Positions 1 to 13,134 are shown, counted from the stretch's first letter. The stretch is DNA of 64,000 nt from Somniosus microcephalus (GCA_052327205.1 CM126203.1:94426001-94490000); one strand, 5' to 3'. Translations and numbers: made by a program. Notes: generated by a model not told the origin, from the letters alone.

Positions 1-283
1 TAGTCGTGTCCTGGATGAGTGTGTATACTCTCGGGCTCGCTTGGGCGTTCAGAACTCTTAGTTTGGATCTCTGAGGGACGCCGGATTCTTCCAGGTAGGA
101 TTCGAAGCAGCCCAGCCAGTGTTTGAAGTCGAGGGCTGAGTTTGCTGCCTGTGGGTTTAGATCCAGGTACGGTGGTTTGAGGGCTTGCAGCCAAGCCGGC
201 TGGTGTGGCTGGTGTAGCCCGGTGTCTGAAAGCTGCTGTGGCTGTGCTTCTGGGAGGGCTTCTGGCTGGCCAGTAGTAGACAT
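1..283 (-). CDS. N-terminus of Gag of a Gypsy LTR retrotransposon (element 0), runs off the window edge
   Basis: Manual translation from ATG at 283: MSTTGQPEA...WLQALKPPYLDLNPQAANSALDFKHWLGCFESYLEE...SKLRVLNAQASPRVYTLIQDT; aligns with Gag N-terminus of element C (LLKPKRLDLDP...FGHWFKCME...VSHRVYPLIQDA). Not in the ORF track. Confidence 0.85.
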   Translation of the reverse strand, partial: MSTTGQPEALPEAQPQQLSDTGLHQPHQPAWLQALKPPYLDLNPQAANSALDFKHWLGCFESYLEESGVPQRSKLRVLNAQASPRVYTLIQDTT

Positions 284-306
284 CTTTAAAATTTAGTCAA
301 TAAAAT

Positions 307-617
307 TGATATACCTATCAATTCGTCCAATAAAAAGCGATGAGTTAGGAACGTAACTAAAGGTTTTTATTGACTAAATAACAGAGTCCATCCTCGTGGG
401 TGATCGGGTCCAACAAGGAGGAATACCAGCCAGTCGACTACCTTTATTCCTGGGCAGGTAGGTGGAGCCATGGGCGGAGTCGGAGGTGGTCAGCCCAGGT
501 ATAACAGCGCGACAAGAGGCGACCTCGTATAGTGATACAACAGTGAGAACAGTGAGAACAATACAACAGTGATAACTATAGTGTAACGATAGTGAACGAT
601 AAAAGTGGTTTACCACA
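307..617 (-). mobile_element. 5' LTR (~311 bp) of Gypsy element 0
   Basis: On minus strand begins TGTGGT and ends TCA, has AATAAA, lies just upstream of the gag ATG; L2 sequence resumes beyond 617. Partner LTR is outside the window. Confidence 0.75.
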
Positions 618-1100
618 CACCCTCCATAATCTTGAACTTATCCAAATTTCTGCTGCCCATATCCTAACTCACGCCAAGTCCCGTTGACTTATCACCCCTG
701 TGCTCGATGACCTACTTCGGCTCCCACTCCGCAACGCCACGATTTTAAAATCCTCATTCTTGTTTTCAAATTCTTCCATGGCCTCTCCCCTCCCTATCTC
801 TGTAACCTCCACCAACCTCCGAGATTTCTGCGCTTCTCCAATTCTAATCTCTTGTGCATTGCCGATTTTAATCTCTCCACAATTGGTGGCCGTGCCTTCA
901 GCTGCCTGGGCCCTAAGCTCTGGAATTCCCTCCCTAAGCTTCTCCGCCTCTCCTCCTTAAGATGCTCCTTAAAACCTATCTCTGTGACCAAATTTTTGGT
1001 ATCCTGTCCTAATATCTCCATATGTGGCTCGATGTTTAATAACACTCCTGTGAAGCGCCTTGGGATAGTTTACTATGTTAAATGCAAGTTGTTGCTGTTG
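618..1100 (+). mobile_element. L2 LINE 3' fragment
   Basis: Similar to the reverse complement of the L2 at 36870-37300 (GGRAFSCLGPKLWNSLP; 3' end GTGAAGCGCCTTGGGA...AAATGCAAGTTGTTG). Confidence 0.75.
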
Positions 1101-2329
1101 AGGATTTTGACAGTAGAGAGAGGAACAGAGGTGAAGACTTTAGGGAAAGAGCACCAGAGAGTAAGAACGATAAACTCAAGACTTTAGCACTGATGGCAGT
1201 GTGGAGGGAGGAAGATTGCTTTTATCATAACATTCCGAATATTTGTTTGCAATAAAATTGATGAGGCAGGGTACTAGCAAATACATCAAACTGCACGCTC
1301 AGTTGAATACGGGCCAGGTTAGCCTGGAGGTGGCGCTGTGGTGTTAATTAAGAGGAGCTTGAGAAGAGAAGTTAGTTTGGGAGTAGAAGTGAGGAATTCC
1401 TGAACAAAAATTTATTGTTGTTACCTCACTTTATAAAACATGATGATTTAATGGTTGCCCCTATGATATAAGAGTATCAACAGCCAATCTGCCAGTGTTT
1501 TTAATCAGCTGTTCCATTTTTTTTGTTAAAAGTGGGACTAATTTATTACTAATATTTAGAAGATAAATTAAAGTATAGAAACTGAGCGTGATAATAAAAG
1601 TGTTATTCTTGTTTATTTGAATCGGTCTAGTCAGAAATAGTAGATCTCGGTTCTCTTTTCTCCAGTTCCATTTTTTTCTATATTTAGATCCTTTCCATTA
1701 TATTTGATTTCTCTCACATTTTTCCTTCTCTCTTTATATCTTTAGATTTACGTCTTTTACTTTCTCCAGAAGGCCTATTTTTGTGTTGGGAGAGTGGGAC
1801 AGCCATGGTCAAATATCCCTAGTGCTACAGGAGATATGTAGGGGATGGTGCCAGGGTAAGACAATGTGCTCTCCTTGCTATCCTGCCCAAAATTAATTAA
1901 ATTCAATCCGAATAAAACCAGCACTCTGATTGGACAGGCAAGCCTAGCATATCTTTCCTGTGGCAGTTACAATTTTTTTCTTGTGAAACATGTAACTTCT
2001 TTCTGCATTTATCACTAGAAAATAACCTCAGCTCGATTCATTTCAATGGGTTCACAATCTATCTCAATTTTTCTCAAAAAACAATAGCTGTATTACTTTT
2101 GGACTTAGAAATGCGCCATCTTGTTAGGAAGCGAGTGTTTCATCACCTGTGTTTTTTGTGTAACTTTACCAACAATTCACTGTACAGTACACAGAGAACA
2201 TGATAATGAGACAGATATAAAACTTTAATTAGAAAATGTAAAACTGTCACCATTGAAAACAAGCCTTCATCTTTTTCATGTTTCTTTTTGTTTTTTATGG
2301 TGCATTTTTTCTTTTTTTAAATTATTAAA

Positions 2330-2453
2330 TAGGAACATAGGAACAGGAGAAGGCAGTTCAGCCGCTTCCGCCATTCAATTAGATCATGGTTGATCTGTAA
2401 CTAAACTCCATCTACTCACCTTGGATTTGTAACCCTTAATACCTTTAACTAAT
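2330..2453 (-). mobile_element. 3' end of an older CR1 LINE; continues at 14709 after the CR1-A insertion
   Basis: GGAACATAGGAACAGGAG tail and CR1 3' motif; 14709 onward continues the same degenerate RT C-terminus. Confidence 0.7.
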
Positions 2454-2546
2454 ACATAGAAACATAGAAGATAGGAGCAGGGGTAGGCCATTCGGCCCCT
2501 CGAGCCTGTTCCGCCATTTAATGAGATCATGGCTGATCATCCAAAT

Positions 2547-5118
2547 TCAGTACCCTGTCCCTGCATCCTCCCCATATCCCTTGATCCCTTTAGCCTTAAG
2601 AAATATATCTAACTCCTTCTTGAATATATTTAATAAGTTGGCCTCAACTGCCGCCTGTGGTAGAGAATTCCACAGGTTCAACACTCTCTGGGTGAGGAAA
2701 TTCCTCCTCATCTCAGTCCTAAATGGCTTACCCCTTATCTTTAGACTGTGACCCCTGGTTCTGGACGTCCCCGCCATTGGGAACATCCTTCCTGCATCTA
2801 GTCTGTCTAGTCCTGTTAGAATTTTATAAGTTTCAATGAGATCCCCTCTCATTCTTCTAAACTCTAGTGACTATAAGCCTAATCGACCCAATCTCTCTTC
2901 ATACGTCATTCCTGCCATCCCAGGTATCAGTCTGGTGAATCTTCGCTGCACTCCCTCCATGACAAGAACATCCTTCCTCAGACAAGGCGACCAAAACCGC
3001 ACACAATACTCAAGGTGTGGTCTCACCAAGGCCCTGTACAACTGCAGCAAGACATCCTTGCTCCTGTACTCGAATCCTCTCGCTATGAAGGCCAACATAC
3101 CATTTGCCTTCTTAACTGCCTGCTGCACCTGCATGCTTACCTTCAGCGACTGGTGCACAAAGACACCCAGGTCTCGTTGCACTTCCCCTTTTCCCAATCT
3201 ATTGCCGTTCAGATAATAATCTGTCTTCCTGTTTTTGCCACCAAAGTGGATAACCTCGCATTTATCCACATTATACTGCATCTGCCATGCATCTGCCCAA
3301 TCACCCAACCTGTCCAAATCATACTGGAGTTTCTCTGCATCCTCCTCACAGCACACATGCCACCCCATCTTTGTGTCGTCTGCAAACTTGGAGATATTAC
3401 ATCTAGTTCCCTCGTCTGGATCATTAGTATATATTGTGAATAGCTGGTGTCCTAGCACCGATCCCTGTGGTACCCCACCAGTCACTGCCTGCCACTCGGA
3501 AAAAGACCCGTTTATTCCAACTCTTTCCTTCCTGTCTGCCAACCAGTTCTCTATCCAAGTCAGTACCTTACCCCCAATCCCATGTGCTTTAACTTTGCAC
3601 ACCAATCTCTTATGCGGGACCTTATCGAAAGCCTTCTGAAAGTCCAAATACACCACATCCACTGGTTCTCCCTTATCTATTCTACCAGTTACATCCTCAA
3701 AAAATTCCAGTAGATTAGTCAAGCACGATTTACCTTTTGTAAATCCATGTTGACTTTGTCCGATCCTGTCACTGAATTTCCTAGTGCTCTGCTATTACAT
3801 CTTTTATAATGGACTCTAGCATTTTCCCCACTACCGATGTCAAGCTTACTGGTCTATAATTCCCCGTTTTCTCTCTACCACCTTTTTTTAAATAGTGGGG
3901 TTACAGTAGCTACCCTCCAATCCATGGGAACTGTTCTAGAGTCTATACAATTTTGGAATATGACCAGCAATGCATCTACTATTTCTAGTGCCACTTCCTT
4001 AAGTACCCTAGGATAGGTCCTGGGGATTTATCGGCCTTCAATGCCGTCAATTTCCCTAACACCATTTCCCTACAAATACTGATTTCATTCAATTCCTCCC
4101 TCTCTTTAGACCCTATGTTCCCCGACATCTCTGGAAGGTTGTTTCTGTCCTCCTTTGTAAAGACAGAACCAAAGTATGTATTTAACTGGTCTGCCATTTC
4201 TTTGTTCCCCATTATAAATTCCCATGAATCTGACTGCAAGGGACCTACGCTTGACTTCACCAATCTTTTTCTCTTCACATATCTATAGAAGCTTTTACAG
4301 TCAGTTTTTATGTTCCCTGCAAGCTTACTCTCATATTCTATTGTCCCCCTCTTAATTAATCCCTTTGTCCTCCTTTGCTGAATATTAAACTGCTCCCAAT
4401 CCTCAGGTTTGCTGCTTTTTCTGGCCAATTTATATGTCCTCTCCTTGGATCTTATGATATCCCTAATTTCTCTTGTTAGCCATGGTTGAGTCACCTTTTT
4501 TGTTTTATTTTTATGCCAAACAGGGATGAACAAATTCTGTAGTTCATCCATGCGATCTTTAAATGTTTGCCATTGCCTATCCACCGTCAACCCTTTAAGT
4601 AACATTCTCCAATCCATCCTAGCCAACTCGCGCCTCATATCATCATAGTTTCCTTTATTTAAATTCAGGACCCTAGTCTCCGAGTCTACTACTTCACTCT
4701 CCATCTCAATGAAGGATTCAATCATATTATGATCGTTCTTCACCAAGGGAATTCGCACAACAATATTGCTAATTAATCCTTTCTCATTACATAATACCCA
4801 GTCTAAGATGGCCTGATCTCTAGTTGGTTCCTCGACATATTGGTCCAGGAAACCATCCCGTATACACTCCAGGAATTCCTCCTCCACAGTATTGTTACTA
4901 ATTTGGTTAGCCCAATCTATATGTAGATTAAAGTCACCCATGATAACTGCTGTGCCCTTATTGCACTCGTCTCTAATTTCCCATTTAATGCAATCCCCAA
5001 CCACAGCATTACTGTTTGGGGGTCTGTATACAACTCTACCCATACAGATTCCACATCATCAGAGCTAATATCCTTCCTTACTATTGTGTTAATCTCCTCT
5101 TTAACCAGCAATGCTACC
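2547..5118 (-). pseudogene. CR1-A ORF2 (APE endonuclease + reverse transcriptase), frameshifted
   Basis: ORFs 3985-5043 (VYRPP, MGDFN, LDWVL), 2871-3722 (LDFQKAFDKV, GVPQGSVLG, FADD), 2547-2852. Confidence 0.9.
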
Positions 5119-5347
5119 TGTGGTGATTATTCTTTGTTTAGTAAGAAGTATTGTGATTGGTTGTTTGTTTCCTGCCTTGGGATATATGCTGTAATCTCAT
5201 TGGTAGTTGATGTCATGTGATTTGTGGTGGCCATCTTAAATTCAGTTCTTTCCAGCCTTTAGTTGGGACTGGGTGTTGAAAGATGTGCTACAGGATTTTT
5301 AAGTTAATAAAGCCTAGATTAGAAAGGCAAATCTATTCTTTATTTCA
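5119..5347 (+). repeat. 5' LTR of element A
   Basis: Direct repeat of 12534-12762, TG...CA, AATAAA at 5306. Confidence 0.95.
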
Positions 5348-5368
5348 ATTTATTAACTTTATGTCAGA

Positions 5369-6967
5369 ATGGAGCGATATCTTCAACCAGAACGATTCAA
5401 TGCTGACCCTAATTCTGCAGGAGTGGATGATAAATGGAAACACTGGTATTGTACATTTTAAAACTTTTTGGGCGTGTTGGATCAAGAGTCTCTAAATAAG
5501 CTGAATATGCTGATCAGCTACATTGCTCCGGATGTGTATAAGTATATTTTGGACTGTAAAACTTACGAAGTGGCTATTTCTACATTGGAAAAGATTTTTG
5601 TTAAACCAAAGAATGAGGTATTTGCACGTCACCTTCTATCTGCCCGTAGGCAGCAGGTGGGAGAATCTTTGGATACTTATTTACAAGCACTTCGGTGCCT
5701 TAGTGTTAACTGTAATTATAAGGCCGTGACGGCTGAAGAATATAAGGAAGAATCGGTACGGGATGCTTTTATTAATGGATTACTGTCTAGATCAATTCGT
5801 CAGCATTTGTTAGAAAATAAGACTTTGGATCTTAAGAGTGCTTTTGAGCAAGCTTCTACATTGGATGTGGCTCAGAGAAGTTCGGATTCTTATGCTCTTT
5901 TTAATCGGCCTGTGACTGTGGTTTCGGCAGTTCCGGATGAAAAGGAATTATGTGGACTTAATAGGAGTGGTTTACTAGATTCTGAAACAGTTTCTACTTC
6001 AGCGGCTGTTGCCTCTAGGATTCAGAAGTGTTATTTTTGTGGGAACGTCCGGCACCCTCGTCTGAAGTGTCCTGCTTGGGAGGCTGTGTGTAGTAAATGC
6101 GGCAAGAGAGGTCATTACGCACGTGTGTGTAAATCATCAGGTTCAATTACCTCCTCTGTGACTATTCAGCCTTTAGATAGGGTGTTTATTGCATCAATTT
6201 CTGCTGCATTTGCTCATGGCCTAAACAAAGCTATAGTTACAGCCCAAGTTAATGGGTTGGAAGTGAAGGCCCTTATAGATACGGGCAGTACCGAGAGTTT
6301 TATAAGTCTTCAGTTTGCAAAGGAGAAGCATTTGAAAATTTCGCCTGTTTCCTATCAGGTGTGTATGGCTCAGACGACTCTCACTTCACAAGTAGCTGGT
6401 TGTTGCCTTGTGAAATTGATTCTTCTAGGTAATACGTATACTGATATACGCCTATCTGTTTTGCCTAATCTCTGTGCGGATATTTTGATTGGTCATGATG
6501 TGCTTCAGTTACACGAGTCTCTTAGTCTTTCATTTGGAGGGACTAAGCCACCTTTATCTATTTGTGGATTAACCTCTTTATCCATTTCTCCATTATCACT
6601 TTTTTCCAATTTGATGCCGGATTGTAAGCCAATTGCTACCAAGTCAAGAAGGTATAGCAGTCAGGATAGAGAATTTATTAATTCTGAAGTTCAACGTCTC
6701 TTATTGGAAGGAATCATTGAACCTAGTTGTTCGCCTTGGCGGGCACAGGTAGTTGTCACGACTAACGAGAGACATAAGAAACGAATGGTGATAGACTATT
6801 CCCAAACTATTAATAGGTATACTCAATTAGATATGTACCCTTTGCCTAAGATTGATCAGCTTATCAATAAAGTATCTCAGTATAAGGTTTTTAGCACTAT
6901 TGACTTAAAGAGTGCTTATCATCAGATTCCTATTGTTAAGAAGGATCAACCATATACGGCCTTTGAA
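5369..6967 (+). pseudogene. Element A gag-protease-RT N-terminal half
   Basis: ATG 5369 (MERYLQPERFNADP), premature TAA 5459-5461, two CCHC knuckles, LIDTGS protease, RT start (SPWRAQ, IDLKSAYHQ), cut at ...TAFE. Confidence 0.9.
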
Positions 6968-9900
6968 CATAAGAACATAAGAACATAAGAAATAGGAGCA
7001 GGAGTAGGCCAATCGGCCCCTCGAGCCTGCTCCACCATTCAATAAGATCATGGCTGATCTGATCCTAACCTCAAATCTTCTATCACTCTGCATCCACCCG
7101 AACCCATGTGATCTCCCGGGAGAGGCGAAAAACCAGATAAAGACCCAATGGCCAATTTGGGAGAAAAAAATCTGGGAAATTCCTCTCCGACCCATCTAGG
7201 CGATCGAAATTCTTCCAGGAGATCACTCTGTCCCTATATTTTCTACAGTACTTACCTTCTGTAAAGGCGATCTCCACCCCAGCCAGGAACAGGAATAAAA
7301 CCATCTCCTGAAATCTAACACAGAATTAGAACACAGTAGGAGCAGAACAAGGCTACACAGCCCCTGGGCCCACTCCACTACCCACAGGGCCATGACCATT
7401 CCGAACCTAGACTCATGTCCAATTTCCTGCCCGCTCCCCGTAACCCTTAATTCCCTTTACTTCTAGGAAACTATCTATTTCTGTTTTAAATTTATTTAAT
7501 GATGTAGCTTCCACAGCTTTCTGGGGCAGCAAATTCCACAAACCTACCACCCTCTGAGTGAAGAAGTTTCTCCTCATCTCAGTTTTGAATGAGCAGCCCC
7601 TTATTTTAAGATTATGCCCCCTAGTTCTAGTTTCACCCATCATTGGGAACATCCTCACCGCATCCACCCGATCAAGCCCCTTCACAATCTTATATGTTTC
7701 AATAAGATCGCCTCTCATTCTTCTGAACTCCAATGAGTAGAGTCCCAATCTACTCAACCTCTCCTCATATGACCACCCCCTCATCCCCGGGATTAACCGA
7801 GTGAACCTTCTTTGTACTGACTCGAGAGCAAGTATGTCTTTTCTTAAGTATGGACACCAAAACTGTATGCAGTATTCCAGGTGCGGTCTCACCAATACCT
7901 TGTACAACTGCAGCAATACCTCCCTGTTTTTATATTCCATCCCCCTAGCAATAAAAGCCAACATTCCATTGGCCTTCTTAATCACTTGCTGCACCTGCAT
8001 ACTAACCTTTTGAGTTTCGTGCACCAGGACCCCCAGATCCCTTTGTACTACAGTACTTTCCAGTTTCTTGCCATTAAGATAATAACTTGCTCTATGATTT
8101 TTCCTGCCAAAGTGCATAACCTCACACTTTCCAGTATTGTATTCCATCTGCCAAATCTCTGCCCACTTACTTAGCCTGTCTATGTCCCTTTGCAGGTTTT
8201 TTATGTCCTCCTCACTCACTACTTTCCGTCCCATCTTTGTATCATCTGCAAACTTTGATATGTTACACTCGGTCCCCTCCTCCAAATCGTTAATATAGAT
8301 TGTAAAGAGTTGGGGACCCAGCACTGACCCCTGCGGAACACCACTAGTTACTGGTTGCCAATCTGAGAACGAACCATTAATCCCAACTCTCTGCTTTCTG
8401 TTAGAGAGCCAATCCTCCACCCACGCCAGAATATTACCCCCAATCCCGTGATTTTTTATCTTGAGCAATAATCTTTTGTGTGGCACCTTGTCAAATGCCT
8501 TTTGGAAGTCTAAATACACTACGTCCACTGGTTCCCCTTTATCCACCCTGTATGTTACTTCCTCAAAAAACTCAAGCAAATTTGTCAAACATGACTTCCC
8601 CTTCATGAAACCATGCTGAGTTTGTCCTATTAAATTATGTTTATCCAAATGTCCCGTTACTGTCTCCTTAATAATGGACTCTAACATTTTACCAACCACA
8701 GATGTTAGGCTAACAGGTCTATAGTTTCCAGCCTTCTGCCTACTACCCTTTTTAAATAAGGGTGTTACATTAGCAGTTTTCCAATCTGCCGGGACCTTTG
8801 CTGAGTCCAGTGAGTTTTGGAAAATTATTACCAATGCATCCACAATCCCTACCGCTACTTCCCTCAAGACCCTAGGATGCAAGCCATCAGGTCCAGGGGA
8901 TTTATCCGCCTTGAGTCCCATTATTTTACCAAGTACCACTTCCTTAGTGATTTTAATCGTATTTAGTTCCTCCCCCCTAGAGCCCCCTGTTTGTCCAGTG
9001 TTGGGATATTCTTAGTGTCCTCTGCTGTAAAGACTGATACAAAATAATTGTTCAGCGTTTTTGCCATCTCCATGTTTCCCACCATTAATTTCCCGGTCTC
9101 ATCCTCTAAGGGACCAACATTTACTTTAGCCACCCTTTTTCTTTTTATATAACTATAAAAACTTTTACTGTCTGTTTTTATATTTTTTGCTAATTTACTT
9201 TCATAATCTATCTTCCCTTTCTTAATCAATCTTTTAGTTATTTTTTGCTGTCTTTTAAAGACTTCCCAATCTTCCATCCTCCCACTAGATTTGGCTACCT
9301 TATATGCCCTTGTTTTTAGTCGGATACTATCCTTAATTACTTTACTTAGCCACGGATGGCTATCTTTTCTTTTACACCCTTTATTCCTCAGTGGAATATA
9401 TTTTTTTTGGAAGTTGTAAAATAACTCCTTAAATGTACACCACTGGTCATGTACCGTCTTACCCTTTAATCTATTTTCCGCTCTCATACATTCATAGTCT
9501 CCTTTATTCAAGCTCAGCACGCTTGTTTGAGATCCAACCTTCTCACCCTCTAATTGAATATGGAACTCAACCATGTTATGGTCACTCATTCCAAGGGGAT
9601 CCTTTACTAGGACATTTTTAATTAATCCTGTCTCATTACACAGGACCAAATCTAAGGTTGCTTGCCCCCTGGTCGGTTCAGTTACATACTGCTCAAGAAA
9701 CCCATCCCTAATACACTCAATGAACTCATCCTCAAGGCTGCTCTGCCCAATTTGATTTGTCCAGTTAATATGATAATTAAAATCCCCCATAATTATAGCT
9801 GTTCCCTTATTACAAGCCTCAACTATTTCCTGATTAATACTCCGTCCAACAGAGTTGCAACTGTTCGGAGGCCTATAGACTACACCCACTAGTGTTTTTT

Positions 9901-10206
9901 TCCCCTTATTATTCCTTATCTCCACCCAAACTGTTTCACTATCCTGCTCCTTTGACCCAATATCATTTCTCTGTATTATAGTGATTCCTTCCTTTATTAA
10001 CATAGCCACCCCACCTCCTCTCCCTTCCTGCCTGTCCTTCCTGATTGTTAAATAACCTGGTATGTTTAATTCCCAGTCATGGTCACCCTGCAGCCATGTT
10101 TCTGTAATGGCCACAAGATCATACCCATATGTCATTATTTGTGCCGCTAACTCATTCATTTTGTTACGAATGCTACGTGCATTCAGATAAAGAACTTTCA
10201 AATATG
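6968..10206 (-). mobile_element. 5'-truncated CR1 LINE (CR1-B) inserted in the RT of element A
   Basis: (GAACATAA)3 tail from 6965 with GAA microhomology; joining 6967 to 10207 restores in-frame TAFE-AGGKLYQF (cf. TAFKANGRLYQF in element C). No TSD. Confidence 0.92.
7413..10200 (-). pseudogene. CR1-B ORF2 (endonuclease + RT) with a frameshift near 8960
   Basis: ORF 8963-10243 (YLNARS, AITETW, MGDFN, SDH) and ORF 7413-8939 (PQGSVLGP, FADD). Confidence 0.92.
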
Positions 10207-12312
10207 GCTGGTGGAAAGCTGTATCAGTTTTGCCGAATACCATTTGGTGTTACTAATGGTGTTGCTTGTTTTCAACGGGCAATGGATGCTTTTATAAGTG
10301 ATAACTCTCTCTCTGACACCTTTTCATACTTAGATGACATCACGGTGTGTGGCAAATCAAGGGTGGAGCATGATTCTAATTTAGAAAGATTCCTTCAAGC
10401 TGCGGAAAAAGTTGGTTTAACTTTCAATAAAGAGAAGTGTACCTTTTCGACCACTGAGGTAAATCTACTGGGGTACATTATCTCGGGAAACAAGATTAAA
10501 CCAGACCCAGAATGCCTGCGACCATTGATTGATTTACCTTGTCCTACTAATTCTAAGGCTTTGCAACGAGTTGTTGGACTGTTTTCTTACTATTCTAATT
10601 GGATTGCAAATTTTTCACAGAAGATCCAGCCTCTTATTCGGGTTACGACATATCCTCTATCATGGGAGGCCAGGACGTGTTTTGATAATTTTAAAAAGGA
10701 TATCCTTGGAGCAGTTGTGCATTCTATTGATGAGCAGGTTCCTTTTGTGATTGAGATGGACGCTTCTGATTTTGCAATTGGGGCTACTCTGAACCAAAAT
10801 GGAAGACCTGTGGCCTTTTTCTCACGTACCTTGAACAATAGTGAAAAAAGGCATTCTTCAATAGAGAAAGAGGCGTATGCAATAGTAGAAGCACTGCGTA
10901 AATGGAGACATTATTTATCGGGGCGACATTTTACGTTGGTAACTGATCAAAAGTCTGTGTCCTTTATGTTTGATGTCAAACATTTTGGAAAGATTAAGAA
11001 TGATAAAATAATGAGGTGGAGGATTGAGTTGGCATGTTACCATTTTGATATAGTTTATCGTCCGGGGAAGGATAATGTTGCTGCTGATGCGCTGTCGAGG
11101 GCTTATTGTTCTGTGATTCACGGAGATACGCTTATTAATCTTCACAATGCCTTATGCCATCCTGGGGTTACGAGGATGATACACTTCGTACGCAGTAAGA
11201 ATTTGCCCTTTTCAGTTGAAGACGTCAAGCGGATGACTTCATCATGTTCTATCTGTGCTCGGTGTAAACCGAATTTCTTTAAGCCTCAACGAGCTCATCT
11301 TATAAAGGCTACTTCTCCTTTTGAACGTTTGAGCGTCGATTTTAAGGGGCCTCTTCCTTCAACTACTCAAAACCGATATATATTTACTGTTGTGGATGAG
11401 TTTTCAAGGTTCCCTTTTGCTTTTCCTTGCGCAGATGTATCAGCTGCTACAGTTATCAAATGTCTGACTCAACTTTTTGTCATCTTTGGGATGCCTGCGT
11501 ATATCCATTCGGATCAGGGAAGTTCTTTTATGTCTTCCCAGTTGAAGGAATACCTTCAGAGTCGGGGAATTTCGACTAGCAGAACTACCCCGTATAATCC
11601 CCAGGGTAATGGACAGTGCGAACGATACAATGGGGTGATCTGGAAGGCAGTTATGTTGGCTTTGACATCCCGGAACCTTAAGAATACACAGTGGGAAATG
11701 GTACTGCCTGATGCCCTGCATTCCATTAGATTATTGCTTTCAACGGCTACTAATGTGACCCCCCATGAAAGGCTCTTTAACTATCCACGGAGATCTACTA
11801 CGGGATATTCGGTACCTTCATGGCTTACTATGCAGGGACCTGTGCCGCTTCGACGCCATGTTAGATTGTCAAAATATGATCCTTTAGTGGAGGAGGTGGA
11901 GCTGTTGGAGGCAAATTCCCAATATGCTCATATTCGATTCCAAGATGGGAAAGAAAGTACCGTTTCAATTAAAGACTTGGCTCCTTGTGGTGGCCAGCCC
12001 TCTTCTGAGGATATTAACAATAGTCATGATTCAGATAATGTGGATGCTGTTACAGATACTACGAATATTTCCAATCCGACTGCAGATAATTATACTTCTA
12101 TTAGTCAGCCCTCGATGGATGTTCATGACCGTCCCAGTTTACCTCCTGATGGGATTTCTAATCCGGAAACCGTTGAAAATCGGGATATGGGTAGCCTTCC
12201 TGCAGAAGATACTTCTGTGTCTCGTGGTGTGTGAGGGCAAGGAATTTCACCAAGGTTAAGAAGGTCGATACGAACAAGATATCCGGTCGACCGATTGAAA
12301 ATGGACTTTTAA
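10207..12312 (+). pseudogene. Element A RT-RNaseH-integrase C-terminal half
   Basis: YLDD, DASD, KEAYA, HHCC, DDE core; in-frame TGA at 12232-12234, after which the frame continues to the family tail LRRSIRTRYPVDRLKMDF* (12312). Confidence 0.92.
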
Positions 12313-12533
12313 ATTGATAGTAATGTTTTAAAATTGTTGAAATATTATATTATATTGTTTTAGTTGAGAGATACTTAATACTTATGTGCAATGTTACTAT
12401 TTGTTGTTGCTCACTTAGTATTGTGTCATGTTGAATAGTTTTATTTTGTCTGTGCATAGTTTTAGTTGTAAATAATTAATTATAAATTGTAAAGGTTATT
12501 TAGGTTGGAGTATATTTTAAAAGGAGGGGTGAA

Positions 12534-12762
12534 TGTGGTGATTATTCTTTGTTTAGTAAGAAGTATTGTGATTGGTTGTTTGTTTCCTGCCTTGGGATAT
12601 ATGCTGTAATCTCATTGGTAGTTGATGTCATGTGATTTGTGGTGGCCATCTTAAATTCAGTTCTTTCCAGCCTTTAGTTGGGACTGGGTGTTGAAAGATG
12701 TGCTACAGGATTTTTAAGTTAATAAAGCCTAGATTAGAAAGGCAAATCTATTCTTTATTTCA
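12534..12762 (+). repeat. 3' LTR of element A
   Basis: Direct repeat of 5119-5347, preceded by PPT. Confidence 0.95.
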
Positions 12763-13134
12763 CTACCCCACCTCATTTTCCTTTTTGCCTGTCCTTCCTG
12801 AATATTCAATACCCCTGGATGTTGAATTCCCAGTCTTGGTCACCCTGGAGCCATGTCTCCGTAATTCCAATTACATCATATCCATTTACATCTATTTGCG
12901 CAGCTAATTCATCCACCTCATTATGAATGCTCCTCGCATTAAGACACAAAGCCTTCAGGCTTGTTTTTTTAACACTCTTAGTCCTTTTAGAATTATTATT
13001 TACTGTAGCCCTGTTTGATTTACACCCTTGATTTCTCTGCCTTCCACTTTTGCTTTTCTCCTTCCTGTCTTTTGTTTCTATCCTTGCTTCCCTTTCCTCT
13101 GTCTTGCTGCACAGGTTCCAAACCCCCTGCCATT

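Larger units (their letters stand above)
5119..12762 (+). mobile_element. Gypsy LTR retrotransposon A, complete, interrupted by CR1-B
   Basis: 229-bp TG...CA LTRs at 5119-5347 and 12534-12762 (no difference seen), TSD CTACC (5114-5118, 12763-12767), PPT AAAAGGAGGGGTGAA 12519-12533. Confidence 0.95.

Noticed and set aside
10129-10243. Apparent overlapping divergent ORF starts (10129+ and 10243-)
   Set aside because: Each reads through the CR1-B/Gypsy A junction; the N-termini are antisense of the neighbouring element.
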